DNA from: Lingula anatina | Taxonomy: Eukaryota; Animalia; Brachiopoda | NCBI GenBank assembly: GCA_051362555.1 | Contig: CM120645.1 | Span: forward strand, 19,468,001 to 19,532,000 | DNA: 64,000 bases | Direction: 5' to 3' | Part shown: positions 37,878 through 52,046 of the stretch, piece by piece | Numbering within the stretch: the stretch's first letter is position 1 | Layout: each line of letters starts with the position of its first letter | The notes under the pieces: model-generated | Database searches by the model: none | What the model was told of the DNA's origin: nothing | What the model saw: the letters and a program-made list of their open reading frames with translations, nothing else | Translations under genes and position numbers: made by a program

Positions 37878-39521
37878 CAGACTTGACATTTAATATGGAA
37901 TATTTCAGTTTCGAAGGTATACCTAGGTAAAAATACGTTCTTTTTTAAAAAAACTCCAATCTCATATAAGATTTGTGAATGTAAAAGTGTGCAGTCAGGT
38001 GTGTCACTACCAATTAACTGACTTTCATGCCTGTAGCGCTGCTGCATTATGTAATGTGCAGTGATTTAATTGGGTAGTGTTCCTTTGGACTGATCAAAGC
38101 TTGGCTTAGGCAAAGCTTGGTTCTGTCAAAAAAGTATCCATATTTCGGCAACTACTGCATAGAAGAATTTGAAATTTTGCATGCAAGCGGTCAGTTTTGC
38201 AGTGCGTAAGATGAGTCAAGTAGTGCATTACACATTTGTTAATCTAAGGCGAAAAAGACAGACATAACCAGACAGATCATAGCGCCAAAGGGAACGGCCC
38301 CCACAAATTTATAGAGTAATGCCAAGACTGATGTACCTACACAGAGGTCACCCCCAATGTATCACAATTTTACCTACAGGGTACAGGACCCACTGTCTTT
38401 CGGGATACGCTGCTGCAACTAAACAAAAAACACTTAGTCCGATCAGAACGAGGGGTAAATTGTCACTAAAATGCTTTTTTTAAAGCCCTTAGCGAACACC
38501 AAACTGGTTTTAGCAGGTAAGAACACCAAATGACATCCGAGGTACCCACTGTATACAGCAAAACATCGTCGTCTGTTTCTCTAATGAATTGGGGGCCATG
38601 AACGATTCTGGGTAGAACAATGAAACTGCGTGGCTTTCTTTATTAAGGTCAGATTTCACCTGTACCGCCCAATTAGTCAAAACAGAGTTTACAGATATCC
38701 AGAAGAGGCCTACGACGAAGCATATGCCGGGTCTAAAGTGACAAGGGTGATTGACAGCGTCAGTATTTGGAGTAGATTCCACATTGGTGCCAAAACACCA
38801 ATGGTAGTCATCGACGAAAACCTGAACCAGATCAAATAAAGGAATAATCTCGGAACCACTTGTCCATCATTTGATAGGGGGCACCTTAGGAACAAGTCTA
38901 GGTTGCACGATGAGGTTGCAGGTTCACACAGAGCACTTTTAATAGCAGATAACTTACAGAACCAAGGGAATGAGCAGCTACCCTGGTCATCAAAATCGCC
39001 ACATTTGAACCACATAGACAATGTTTCGGTAGACCATTACTCACCAATCAACTGCCTACATGTCCTACAACAAAACTGGACCAGATTTTAGACCGTTGCC
39101 TGGAATGCTATTCCAGATTGAACTCTAAAAACCTACCCCCAAGAAATGCCTTGCCGTTTGAGAGCGCTGGCAACAGCCACGAAGAGGCCAGGCGTTACAA
39201 CGACCATTACTGTGACTAGCAACTGACATGAGGGTCTTTTGTGGAGCGTATTACCCTTTTAGAGACGATAATTTGTAAAATATGGAGATCCAAAATGTCT
39301 CTTTTAATGGTTGTCGTATGACATAGAGTAGGCAATGTGTTTTTGTTTGCTTCTCTGGCGAATTCCATTAATGAACTGATGTCACAATGACATCAAAGAG
39401 ATAATTCAAAGTTATTAAAACACGATTTTAATCCTTATTTTCATTTATCAGTGAGCAAAATAGGAAAAAACTGATAAAAAATTATTTCGAAAAAAATATT
39501 CCATATTAAATGTCAAGTCTG
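37878..39521 (+). mobile_element. Decayed Tc1/mariner DNA transposon (~1.64 kb)
   Basis: Perfect 28-bp TIRs CAGACTTGACATTTAATATGGAATATTT with TA on both flanks; internal remnant LPWSSKSPHLNHIDNV (~38980-39025) resembles the Tc1 WPxxSPDLNPIENxW motif; the frame is broken by stops and shifts. Confidence 0.88.
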
Positions 39522-40463
39522 TAGTTTTACTGCCTCTGGATTAATTCTTCTGGCTTATCGGTTCTTCCGGCTAATTGAGGATTATTATAAATCTAAAGAA
39601 CTGGTTCGACATCATTAAATTGCAAGCAATAAGTCGGATTATAAAGTAACTGTTTACCCAAAAATATAAAAGTAGAACTCACCATGCACCATGAGAAATG
39701 TATGAAATACATAATGATATAGCAGCATGTTCACCTTCAATGAACCCTGACATAGTTACTCGCTTTTCATTCAATCTTACACTTTTTCAGATCATTTTCA
39801 CACTACAGCTGTAGCGTGTATCTCTCGCACAAGTGTTAAGAATTTACAGGTGTGTTTCCGTTGAATAAATGTATAAGTTGCTGCTGAAATTCATAGATTT
39901 CGTTAGGATACATGTATATGGTCACGTCTAACCCATGTCAGAATATGTGTCACAACTTTAAACAAAAATTGTTTGAACGAGGACACGAAGGGTAATTATA
40001 TGGTGCATAATGTGCAAAAAGGTAGGTTTGTCAAAGTGGTGTTATTGCATTTTTTAACATAAAAGGGTTCGGTTTCAGTAAATAAAAGCCTGAAATAAGG
40101 AGGGGAGATCGCTATCAAACGTTTTCCCTTAGCAAAATGAAAAGTTTGCAGCAATATAACTGCCAACTAAAAGTTTGCAAGAAAAATTTGTATTGGTTAT
40201 TACTAAATTTTGACCAAAAACGATGAACACGAGAGTGCAATACACGGACGTTACGCATGAATGGTGTTTTAGATTCTACGCAATTTTCTAGGTAACTGAA
40301 ATATCTTTTAGTATATGGAGAGTCCTTAAATTAGTCTTACTTTGGACGATATGTAGTATTGTGACAATGTTTGTTACATTACATTGTAACACTTTAGGAC
40401 TGGAACAATTCCTCCTCCAACCGTCCCCTTTCATTGGTGGTCAGCGTCTAACCAGGGAGGCTC

Positions 40464-41771
40464 CTACAGTACAGTCTGGTGAGTGGTCACTGAGGAAACC
40501 CTCACAATAACTGGCCCATTCTCCAGGTCCGAGGAAGCTGTGGACAGCCGCGAAGACAACGAAATTCTGGAGGATCTTGAACCGCCCTGGACAGTGGCCA
40601 CTGAAGAAAGCCTTGAGGTTCTGCGACTGGATCCTTGGTCGGAGGACTCCCGCAAGCTGCCCATAGAAATATCTTTGCCACATCTGAACAGTCGCTTAAG
40701 ACCTAGACGAAACTTGGACCCCATGAGACCGTAAACGAAAAAATTGACGCACGCGTTGAAGCCAGTTAAGAAGTACACTACAGGCCAGACCCACTGGGCC
40801 ATTATGGTGAACTCATACGGCAGGCGGTTTAGGAACACGATGAGAAACTGCAGCAAGACGTGAGGGAACACTGCCAAGAAGAACAGGGTCAAAAGCGTGA
40901 TGACAATACTCGTTACTTCACGCTGGTTACCTTTCACGGCGCTAGAGACGCGGTTTCGCATTTTATCGGCTCTACGCACTGCCACGACGATCTTCACGTT
41001 CAGCGTGATCATAGCCGAGAGTGGTATCGCATAGCTCACAATGGCGTGCAGTACGAACCGGTAAATGATTTTATAGATGCCCCATTCTTTGACCTTAACA
41101 TTAAAGCAGAAATCTTGCGATCCCGGAGAGCATGGCAGATATCCGACGTACTCCGTGTCGAAGAATTTAGGTGTATTGTAAAGGAAGCAAAACACCAGCA
41201 TCGCTACGACGCGGACCCGCCATTTAGCGATGGTTCGCTGTTCGGCCGTCTCGGTGGGCTTGCAGATCGCCATATAGCGATCCAAAGCGACGAAGGTTAG
41301 CATGTAGGTAGATGATAACCGTGCCGTGGCCACAAACGGCCATATGTGTACTATATGGTTCTGAAACACGACAAAGAACCACTCAAGCCAGCCCGAATAT
41401 GGATGGAACGACACGGAACAATATGCGACCATACCAAATATGTTGAACATTATGTCCGTGACCGCTACCATGGAGAGCAGAAACGGAGCCGCTGAGTCGG
41501 TGTTGTCTTTGGATAATACTGCAATTGCAAGCGGGTTACATATCAGCCCTATCACGCAACAGGTGCCCGATGCAAATCCTCCCATTATTACGGTGTACAG
41601 ATTGTATGCGGTTGGGTAGAAAGTCGAATTATTGGGAAGCGTGTCTGTGCAATTACCAGCCGGCCAACCCATTGTTGATACATTGTCAAACTCCATTTCT
41701 GGCAGCATTGATGAAGAGTTCAACGACATCCCAAGAAGTAAGGAGAAATTACAGCCCGACGTCATATCCAT
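40464..41771 (-). CDS. Intronless class A (rhodopsin-like) peptide GPCR, FMRFamide/sex-peptide receptor-like, 435 aa
   Basis: Seven hydrophobic segments; several N-terminal NxS/T sequons; TM1 GLICN, TM2 VAVTD, TM3 ALDRYMAIC, TM4 YNTPKFF, TM5 YAIP, TM7 NACVNFFVY; Ser-rich tail. The subfamily is inferred. Confidence 0.93.
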   Translation of the reverse strand: MDMTSGCNFSLLLGMSLNSSSMLPEMEFDNVSTMGWPAGNCTDTLPNNSTFYPTAYNLYTVIMGGFASGTCCVIGLICNPLAIAVLSKDNTDSAAPFLLSMVAVTDIMFNIFGMVAYCSVSFHPYSGWLEWFFVVFQNHIVHIWPFVATARLSSTYMLTFVALDRYMAICKPTETAEQRTIAKWRVRVVAMLVFCFLYNTPKFFDTEYVGYLPCSPGSQDFCFNVKVKEWGIYKIIYRFVLHAIVSYAIPLSAMITLNVKIVVAVRRADKMRNRVSSAVKGNQREVTSIVITLLTLFFLAVFPHVLLQFLIVFLNRLPYEFTIMAQWVWPVVYFLTGFNACVNFFVYGLMGSKFRLGLKRLFRCGKDISMGSLRESSDQGSSRRTSRLSSVATVQGGSRSSRISLSSRLSTASSDLENGPVIVRVSSVTTHQTVL

Positions 41772-42953
41772 GATTAGATACAGGTGTGATGTTAAAATTA
41801 TATACTGCAGTCTTCCTTACCAAAAACTGATGGCGTTGGCGCTTTGGTGTTTTTTGGTCATTTACAGTACCTCATTTAAGTTTACTTAACAGGCAAGTGC
41901 GCAGATTGATTTTCTTTCTTTCTTTTTTTTTTTTTGTTATAATTGTTCAATTTCATAGTTATCTCCGCAGAGAAAGCGAATGTCCATATTTAGAGAGAGA
42001 CTACGTCTCTGGTTACAGTACCTTTTTATTAGTTTTGGCTCCCTCTTTTGGATGACCCACATTTCCGTCTATATACTGGTGACATGAAGATTTTCTTGCA
42101 TCAACTTTCAGGAAAGTTCAATGATTCTTTAAGAAGCCTCTTGAGCTGGCACGGTCAAGATACCTGCTGCACTTAGTCCAGATCGCATTGAATGGTCATA
42201 ATGCTTGGTATTGTTTTTCTATTGAGCACGGGCGACAACTGCTTCTGGTACTGACCACGTTAATTTGATGTCCGTCTAGTTGTTTATGCACACGTGTTCT
42301 TGACTGACGGGGAAGCTTCATGTTCAATACGCAATTACTGCGCTATGACAGCAAAAGTGTCAATCAAGTGATTGCGTGTTTAGTGGCAAAATAACCAAGA
42401 TTATTTGTTTTGATGATGACCCAAAGAATCGTCACTATAGGTAACACTTACCACCTTGGTAATGAGAACCAACCCTGTGCATAAGAGTAATCTTTATTAA
42501 ATTTACACAGTGCACGCTACAACTTCATATTGCCGCCTCCGCCGCAGAAGCATCTGTCGCATGTGGGAGGTAAAAAGCCGCCATTACCACTACTCTTTAT
42601 GAACAACATGGCCTTTCCCATCGTCTTATGGTAAAGGTTTAAACATAATTACAACTTCAACCTGCTTTGTTTTGTGGGCAGTCAGTACATTTTCGCATTT
42701 CACGCTTGTCATTATTTTAAAAAAATGGAAGAAAATATGGGTGTACTTACATGATGTACTACAGAAATTGACGCAGAAGAAAAAATGTCAAATTGGGAAA
42801 ATTGATTTTATCAGGTGGGGCCATGTTGTTTTTTAATATCAGAAACTCTACAGACCTGGTGCTATTGTACAGTAGCCTCTCTCACCTAGTTAGTCAAGAT
42901 TTAAAAAGTTTGGTTGATCGAAGATAAAATCATGCCTTGAGCAAAGTTGATAC

Positions 42954-43000
<47 letters not shown>

Positions 43001-44204
43001 CGGTTCGAGTATATTTTTACAATGGCTATATGAGCTAACGATAAAACTACCAAAACAGTTTACAAACAGATTTTCACAATGGTTGCTTTCAAAACATTAT
43101 CATTATTATGGTATATAATCAGTTTCGATATTATTAACAGGGTAGTGATTGGTTTATTTGCTAGTGCTACTGAACAGAAATTTGTAATATAATGTTCGAT
43201 ATCCTGTATCCTTTTTTAAGTCAAGTGATTGCAGAAGATGCTTGAATTGGTCGCGTGGAGTTTTGCAGCGTTTAGTTACAAAAGTTCCTTTTTGTGTATG
43301 GGACATATCACAAAATTTAAAAATTCTTATAACTTCTTCGGAGCATAGTTTACGAAATCTTTATTCAGGGAGCACAGATTTAAGTTTTTGAAAACTGCTT
43401 CTTCGGAATTTAAAAAAGTGCGACCCTATTCTGATTTTTGCTAGATTTTTTCGTTGCATTTTGGTATTTGCGCTGTCGTGTGTGTTTCACTTTCATAATA
43501 TGTTTTGAATGATTTGTATGTAATGAGTTTGCTTTTTTTTCTCCCTCATTTTTTTTTAACTATATATTATAATGACTTGCAAATGCCTTCTTGAGATCTG
43601 TTTTTATGGGCGTATTATCCAGTGTTCGTATTAAATTTTCAGTAATATCTTTCACTCTGTTTGGTTAATTTATGTCTTTCTTCACTTTATTTTATATGCT
43701 ATTTTAGTGAAGGTTGGCCTTATATCACTGAGAATCTTCGCCAATAGGATTGTTGCATGACCAATTATGCGAATGTAATTGGGCATCTGCGTAATTCGAC
43801 CTGGCAGCTGTGTAGTTTAGGAGAGGCAATAATTACATCTTTCAGGACAAATATCTCACAATTATTTTGTGCAAGACCTAAAGCGGATATTTTCACCCAA
43901 AAACTGTTAATTAACAAGAACATTTGTATTTTGTAATGCGCTTATGAAAGCTAATAAGCTGTCTGATCTGCACGTATTAGCTAAACGCCAATCTTTGTTT
44001 TAGCTATAATGAATTTCTCGCCTGTCTTCTAATTGGTGTTATTTCAACAATCAGTATGTGGAAAGCCAAATTAGAAAGTTCTGAATACTTGTTTTGTTGT
44101 TGTTATTCCTCAATTGTTTTTCTTATTAATTATGAATTAATAACAGCCACAGTTCTTAAGAAGTTGATAAATTCCTTCTGAATAAACTTTGTTCATAGAC
44201 TACA

Positions 44205-44215
44205 CGTATATATAT

Positions 44216-44270
<55 letters not shown>
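44205..44270. repeat. (TA)n microsatellite
   Basis: Visible simple repeat. Confidence 0.93.
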
Positions 44271-44272
<2 letters not shown>

Positions 44273-46539
44273 TGTGTGTGTTACCGGTATTCGAAAATAT
44301 ATTTTAATGACTGAAATCGGCAAGTTAACCAAAAATTTTTTCTTCAAGTTATTATGAAGTGCGTTGTTGGTGACGAGCTGAGGATCATAGTGAAATAGCG
44401 CGTTATCCATCGTCACCACTCTGAAGCTAAAAGAGGATTCGTACTCAGTCGCTGTGCTTCAAGTAATTCAAAAAATATTTGAAAGCCATTGCTTAGTGAT
44501 ACGACAGATACACGCAAGAGGCGAAGTCCTAACAAGGAAGATAGATTCCTCCACTTCAACTCTGCCAATGCATTCCTTTAGATCTCTCCGAAGCCCTATG
44601 TTTGCAAAAAGCGTCAAAAAAGATAAATCCGCTGTTTCCTTCACAGGCTTTTGTTTTTGAAATCATTTTACTGATGACTTAGTCATGACACAGAAGGCAG
44701 TCTCTTTCCACTTCAACGCTGTCGATTCATTTTAGAAACCCCTCAACCTAAGATACCTGGAGGAGCACCTAGGGAGAGAAACAGCGGGCGTGTGTCCTTT
44801 CCACAGCTGCTTACATAATCCTAATATAAATAAATAAATAAGAATCTAAAAAAGCCGCTTTCGGTGTTTGTAAAGAATATGCATAATTAATATAACAATA
44901 TGAGGGATGAAGGATGTCGGCCCAGGAGGGTATGTAACTACGTAATTCTAGGGTACAGGGGCCTATATGTTTATGTCTATTTCACTAGTTCAATATGATA
45001 ATAATGAAATATTTTGAACCGCTAGGTATGATTTTTTTATTCATTGGTTTACTGAGGCCTATTTGGCGATCACGTTTGCACATCGCGAGTTGAAGTAACA
45101 AAATACAAGGAATTTTTTCCAAACATTTGCTCTACACACACGTAGGCCTACGTGTACATTGCATTACAGTAAATACCATATGTATATACTATACTATGTA
45201 TATCTAATACTATGTATATCTTTTACCTATGCTTAACGTTTGTCGAGCAAAAACATCTTCTTACCCCCCCCCCCCCCACACCAAACCCAACCTGCCACCC
45301 CCCCCCCCCCTCCCCCAGCCACTGGCTTCAGCGTTTGGTTCGAAACAATCTTGCTTCCACTGTTGAACGTCGTGCTGATTTGACTTGTCCTGTCAAGCAC
45401 TTTGTGTACAATTTGTTCACCAATTAACGGCACGCAACATATATACCGGTATGACTTCGAATGAACGTGGTTAGGAAAATAAAAAGATTAGCCCAATTAA
45501 TATAATTATCAACAGCAGAGTTTTAAGATCAAAGAAGTCAAACCTTGAGGGTATATAAGTTCACGCGATTTGATGAGTTTACAACTAAAACTTTTAAAAA
45601 ATCGTTTGTTTTTTTTTATTGTCAGTGGGATTTTTCACGTTAATTCTTCAAACCTTCGGGATTTTTAGCATATTGACAATAAACACGATCCTTATGAAAA
45701 TCAATAGGGTTCATCCCAGATCTATTAGTAATATACACAAAAGTTTTCAAGCAAATATCACGCCAACAGTAATTTACCTGAAACAAACGCATACAAGAAC
45801 AGAGCAATAGACTTGTGATTTTTTATTTTATTATTATTGTTATTATTATTATTATTTTATTTTTTGTTTTATTATTATTATTATTATTATTATTATGCAA
45901 GTAATAAAATTGTAAGCACCTCACAACTTTGATTTGTCCTGAAGTTATTTGATCATAATGATCAATATAAAATGTACTACCAGGTAGTACCAGTACCCAT
46001 ATGTACTCAGATGAAAACAAATTAGGCCTGCGCTTTTATCTGGCGTTTGGGACATTTACTAATTATTATTAATTCAATTAACCAATGCGCCGAAGCTTTT
46101 CCGCCTGTCCACAAACTGCCAGACTCTGGCATTGTTTTATCAAAATTGCTTTTTAAATTATGTAATCACGGAATAGCTAACAAAATTCCTCTACTTTGGA
46201 TTTCGCAATTTGCTTTCATATACCTGTATCTTAGCGTTCAGGAGTATTGGACTCTTTGATACTAGACTATAGCAAGACGCGATTCTTTGTTAAAAGTGAT
46301 ATAGTGTATAACCGCTAAGATAGGCGCACATATGTTTCACGCACAATGCTGATTTTTAATCAGGTGTCTGTGTTGCGTCATATGCATGTAGTTCACATCA
46401 TTCATTATTATTGTGCAACTATGAATAGCTTATCTTGGTTGACCTCATACTTATATGTAGAGAACAATTAGGTCAACTATTTAAGGCAATAATAACAGAG
46501 GGGTTGGTCGTGTGTTCAGTGTTCAGAGCCCTACACAGA

Positions 46540-49500
46540 ATGTATGGTGGTGTTAAAAGGTAATAGACAATTTTAAAATCACTTTTTTATATTTCCAAAA
46601 ACCTGACTTATAACTGTACATGTTTCTGAATTTGTAAGTTGGTAGCCGACAGATTAAATATTTCATTTTGAAAATTGCAACACCATATTATTTTACAGTA
46701 GTAATCAGATAGATACTGGGTATATATGTATTGCGTAATTCCAAACTCGTTTACTGGCCGCTTGGTTACAAAGTGACATTGTGAAGTAAATATACAAGGG
46801 TGCACAAATACCGGCGATACTATAGTTAAGGCAACTACATATAATAGGGCAGATGCAGATAAATTTAGACAGCTTATTAAGTGAAGATTTAAGAAGTGAT
46901 TATAATCGAAATTTAGATGCTATACCGGTACAATCATAACTGGATGAGACTGAATTGCGTAATAATATCAGTGCAATACACTAAAAAAGGTACAGTCACA
47001 AGTAAACATATGAAATGGGCATTCCCAGCAAAAAATGGTGATATAAAAAAGAAATAAATGCCTATTACAGGGTTATATATATTGTTGAAACAACTTAAAA
47101 CAAATCTGCAAGTTCTGTTTATCATCAGGTCGATGGCCATGTTGGAGAGTGGCTATTTTTGGCCGGTATAATTGCCAATCCTACAGGAAAAGTCCTGCCT
47201 AATACTGTAATATATATTAATAATATTATTCTTGAGATTGACACTTTTGGTGTGTTTACTTGCATCTGGCACCATTTTGTATAGTGTATTGCACTGTACT
47301 GTATTGTGGTGTGTTGCAATTTTTATGCTGGACTGATACACATTCTGATGTGTGTTAGGATTGACCACTCCTTAGTTATTCAAAAAGAAACAAGATTAAT
47401 AAAGAAGGCTATAATAAACGTATGAAATAAGAGATACAACTGCATAAAATAAAGGCATGCTTTTTTTTCTCATTCCAGGTTCTCAGCAAGTAGCACAATA
47501 TGGGCTCTGTGGATCCTTTTCATAATACAGCTTCAGGGTTCCAGGGGCCAGAAAGCTAATGTGCCTGTAATCAACATAACTGGATTTGACACAGAAAGTG
47601 GTTACATAAAATCTCCAAATTTTCCCAGTCTTGGTCTAACTCCTGTCATCTATAGATTGGTCTCCAAATCTACAAGTTCCAATTTGACTGGATTTATAGA
47701 ACTCAAAACTATAGACATTTTTGTGTCTTATAAGAGTAGACTGTTGGTGAGTATAATAGATCACACATGTTGAAAACTCTTTATACCAGCTGTGCATTTG
47801 GATCCACATTCATGAAAACTTTGCCTGACTTAAGGACTTTTTTCCAGACACACTGTGCTAAAAGATTCAAATACTGGCACTTAGAATTGTTGCTCTCTGT
47901 CACTCTTTATTTTGAAGTATGTGAGAGTTTTGTCCATACTAAAATACCACATGATAGTCAAAATTAATTTTTTTCTTGACAGGATACACATTTTCAAAAG
48001 GTATCATTGACAAAATTTTCATGCCAAATAAGCAATTTTCTCCAACTGTCAATCTCTGTACTTGGGTTTAATGTTTTGCACCATTCATAACTAATTAAAT
48101 AACTTAATTTAGATTCGCATTCTTTGTGACATATCAGAAGAGAATATTGGCATCAGGTACTTTTTATGAGGGTTTATTATTTTTAAGGTCTGAATTTAGG
48201 AAGAATAAGAAGTTTTGTAGGATATTTAGACATAAAAAGTCTTGTTTTACATATGTGTATTCTATACTTTTACATTTGTCTAGTTGTTATGTTATCATAT
48301 TATATTGTTAAATTTCTAAAATATTTTTGTAATTTTTTTTTCAGATCTATGATTGTGATTGTGAAGAAAACGACAAGAAAACCATTGTTAATAAGAGGAT
48401 TTATTTTGTCTCTACTGGGAATATTGTCACTGTAAAATATGAACCCAATGTTACCAATGACACCAGGTTTAGTGGAGACATTTTTAAGTTTGAGTACAAG
48501 TTTATAACAGGTACTAGTATGAACATTATATAAGAGGATCAACTAAAAAGCCAAGCAATCTGCTTCTCCCCCCCCCCCCCCCCCCCCCCCCCCTTCAACA
48601 AAGTCAGTCAGTGAGGTCAATTTTGATTGGTCCAAACAGTTTAAAGTCAACATGTTAAAGTGACATTTGGGACATTTTCAAAACCACGCCTAGTATATTG
48701 CCTCCAGGGCTTGACATTTTTTCTATGAAATTAGTTGAATGGTCTTCCCGATTAAAAAAAAAAATTGCTCAGAGGTAGGGGGAGGTTACCTAGCATGAAA
48801 TTCAAATTGAAATTGTTACTTATTATTTTTTAAACTGAAAGAATGATTCTTAGGATTGACATAGCTCAAATTAGAAAGCCAGCTCTGTTGGATGCTCATT
48901 TTTATTGAATTAATGCAATTTTTGTGAATTTTTCAATTTTTTTAACATTCTGGCATTTTCAAAGTGGGAACTTAAACTCTCATGGGCCTTATGCTAAATT
49001 CCTTATATCAGTATTACCTTTTGTGCATAATTAAAATTTGGTTTTGACCGTGTAGTTTCAGAATTGACAGTATCCTATTTTGTGCATTATTATTTTCTGA
49101 TTTTTGTCTGTGCATTTGACAGCTTTGCTGCCTTACTCTTTTTTTAAATGATGTACCTAATTCAAAATTATAAGATTTCCATAAAGGCTATGCAGGTTAC
49201 ACTTTTTTTTCACACACACAAAAAAAAAGATTACAGAAAATGCCATTTATATAAAGATTATATTAGATTTTTTTATTTAAATTACAAGTTAAAAGGCCTT
49301 TTTAATAGAGCTGGGCCAGTAAGATTTTGTAATAAAAATGTGTTCTGTTACTTGCCACTATTTTTGTTTTGGACCAGTGGATTTTGTACTGGTAGTTGTG
49401 TCCTGAAGGCCTAGTACTAGGCATTTTTAATTTTTTTTTTCAAATTTGATTATTATATATGTTTCTCAGTGTCTTATGGAAACTGATATATGTTTTTATT

Positions 49501-50238
49501 AAAATATGCTAAATTGTGCAGTAGTGAAAAGTTTATGTATAACTTATTGCGATTTTTTTTCAGAAATGCCTAATGAACGGGTTGTGATGAATGAGTCAGG
49601 TAATATAACTTGCATTATCTTTGATGTATTTACATAGTGTTGTAAGTTAATTTCTTAGTATAATATTTTATGGTTTTGCATCCTGGTGTTGCATCTCCAT
49701 TATATTTTTTTCTGTGATAACATTTTTGCCTCCATATTTCTTTTTTCTTTCTTACAAACAGGTTATGAGTCAGAGTTGGAGATATTTCTATTAAAAATGG
49801 TGAAAAAGTGATGCATGATAGAAACATTGATTTATTTTCCACAGTTTAATTCACATCTTATTTGCTTAAATGGATATTAAAATTGGCTCAGATTAACAGT
49901 GGGGAGGAAAAAGTTATTTATTATTGACCATTTGTTTCCTTTTAGTGTGCAGTACTTATAATCTTCTTGGCTTGACACAACTGGGCAGATATGTTGGTAC
50001 CCGAGCATTCAAATCAATTCTTGGTCATGTGACCTTCCCACAATTCACAAATTGGACTGGGGACAGCATTGTTGTGGACTGTGCCTGGAGCTTCTTCACT
50101 GCTCATCGCTATATGTGGATTGATACGTATGCAAAGATAATAAGTTCTGGAAGCTGCTATGGAATGGGTAATGCACATACATTTGTTTTTATGTACAGAC
50201 ACAGATGTGTCTGTACATATAGCCATCATCTGCGTCTG

Positions 50239-50269
<31 letters not shown>

Positions 50270-50645
50270 GCACTTTTACCGATAACACGATAAGTGGAAA
50301 ACCATTTTACCTTTTTACTTGAAACTTGCAGAACTGATGAATATTCATAATACGCAGGTCAAGTTCGAAAATCAGCATGATCGGGTCACTTTTAGGGAAT
50401 TTATGCTGTTTTTTCACTTTTTTCAGCATATATGCAGCACCGATAACACGATAAGTGGAAAACCATTTTACCTTTTGACTTGAAACTTACAGAACTGATG
50501 AATATTCATAATACGCAGGTCAAGTTCGAAAATCAGCATGATCGGGTTACTTTTAGGGAATTTATGCTGTTTTTATGAACAGACACAGATGTGTCTGTAC
50601 ATATAGCCATCATCTGCGTCTGTCGTCGCCGTCGCCGTCGTCGCT

Positions 50646-50686
<41 letters not shown>

Positions 50687-52003
50687 GCACTTTTACCGAT
50701 AACATGATAAGTGGAAAACCATTTTACCTTTTGACTTGAAACTTGCAGAACTGATGAATATTCATAATACGCAGGTCAAGTTCGAAAATCAGCATGATCG
50801 GGTCACTTTTAGGGAATTTATGCAGTTTTTTCACTTTTTTCAGCATATATGCAGCACCGATAACACGATAAGTGGAAAACCATTTTACCTTTTGACTTGA
50901 AACTTACAGAACTGATGAATATTCATAATACGCAGGTCAAGTTCGAAAATCAGCATGATCGGGTCACTTTTAGGGAATTTATGCAGTTTTTTCACTTTTT
51001 TCAGCATATATGCAGCACCGATAACACGATAAGTGGAAAACCATTTTACCTTTTGACTTGAAACTTACAGAACTGATGAATATTCATAATACGCAGGTCA
51101 AGTTTGAAAATCAGCATGATTGGGCTATTTTGAGGGAATTTATGCTGTTTTTTCACTATTTTCAATATAAATGCAACACTGATAACACAATATAAGAAAA
51201 ACGGATTGGCCAATTGTAATTATACTCACAGGAGTGGTCAATCTTACTAAAACGCAGGTTGAGTTCGAAAATCAGCATAATCGGGCCATTATTTTAGAAG
51301 TTATACTGTTTTTTTCACATTTCCTCAGATTCAATTCTTAAGCATGTTAACAGTCTCATTATTTAACTAATAAGATGCCTAAAAGTGTTTGTTTGATATT
51401 TCCTGCATCTTTACAACATTGTTAGTTGATTATGTAAAAAACATGGTAAACTTGTTATCATGTATTGTGTAATAAAGTGTCAAAAATGGAAATAAACTCA
51501 TATCATTGCAGTTTGTCAGATTCAATCATCCACTATGTTCAGAATCTCAGAATGGAGGAAATTGGACATTTAACACTGTTCTATTGATACTTTTCCCATC
51601 TCATCAAATTTTTTAGTTGGTCATATAAAAATGGCAGTAAAATGTTTATTTTGTTTTATGTTAAAAAAGTGTTAAAAATGGAAATAAACCCATTTCAGAA
51701 CAGTGCTGTCTTGTTTACATTTTGGCATTTTCAAGGCGTGACTTTGAGGTTCCATGGGCCTGAAGACCTTTGCTAGTCTCATTTTCTGAATATCTGTGAT
51801 ACAAATATTTTATAATTAAAAATTGATGGTCATTAAGCTGTTAAACATTATGTAATATTGCATCAAAATTTGAAGAAACCCCTATTTTGGGCACTGCTTC
51901 CATGATGACCATTTAAGGAAAATCATGTCACTTACTGTTCTCAAACTTACAGGAAAGAAACATGGGACTAAAATACAGCTTCAGTAGGCAATGCAGTCTG
52001 TTT

Positions 52004-52046
<43 letters not shown>

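Noticed and set aside
40441-41889. Overlapping and antisense ORFs at the GPCR locus
   Set aside because: Shadow frames of a GC-richer coding sequence with no recognisable motifs.
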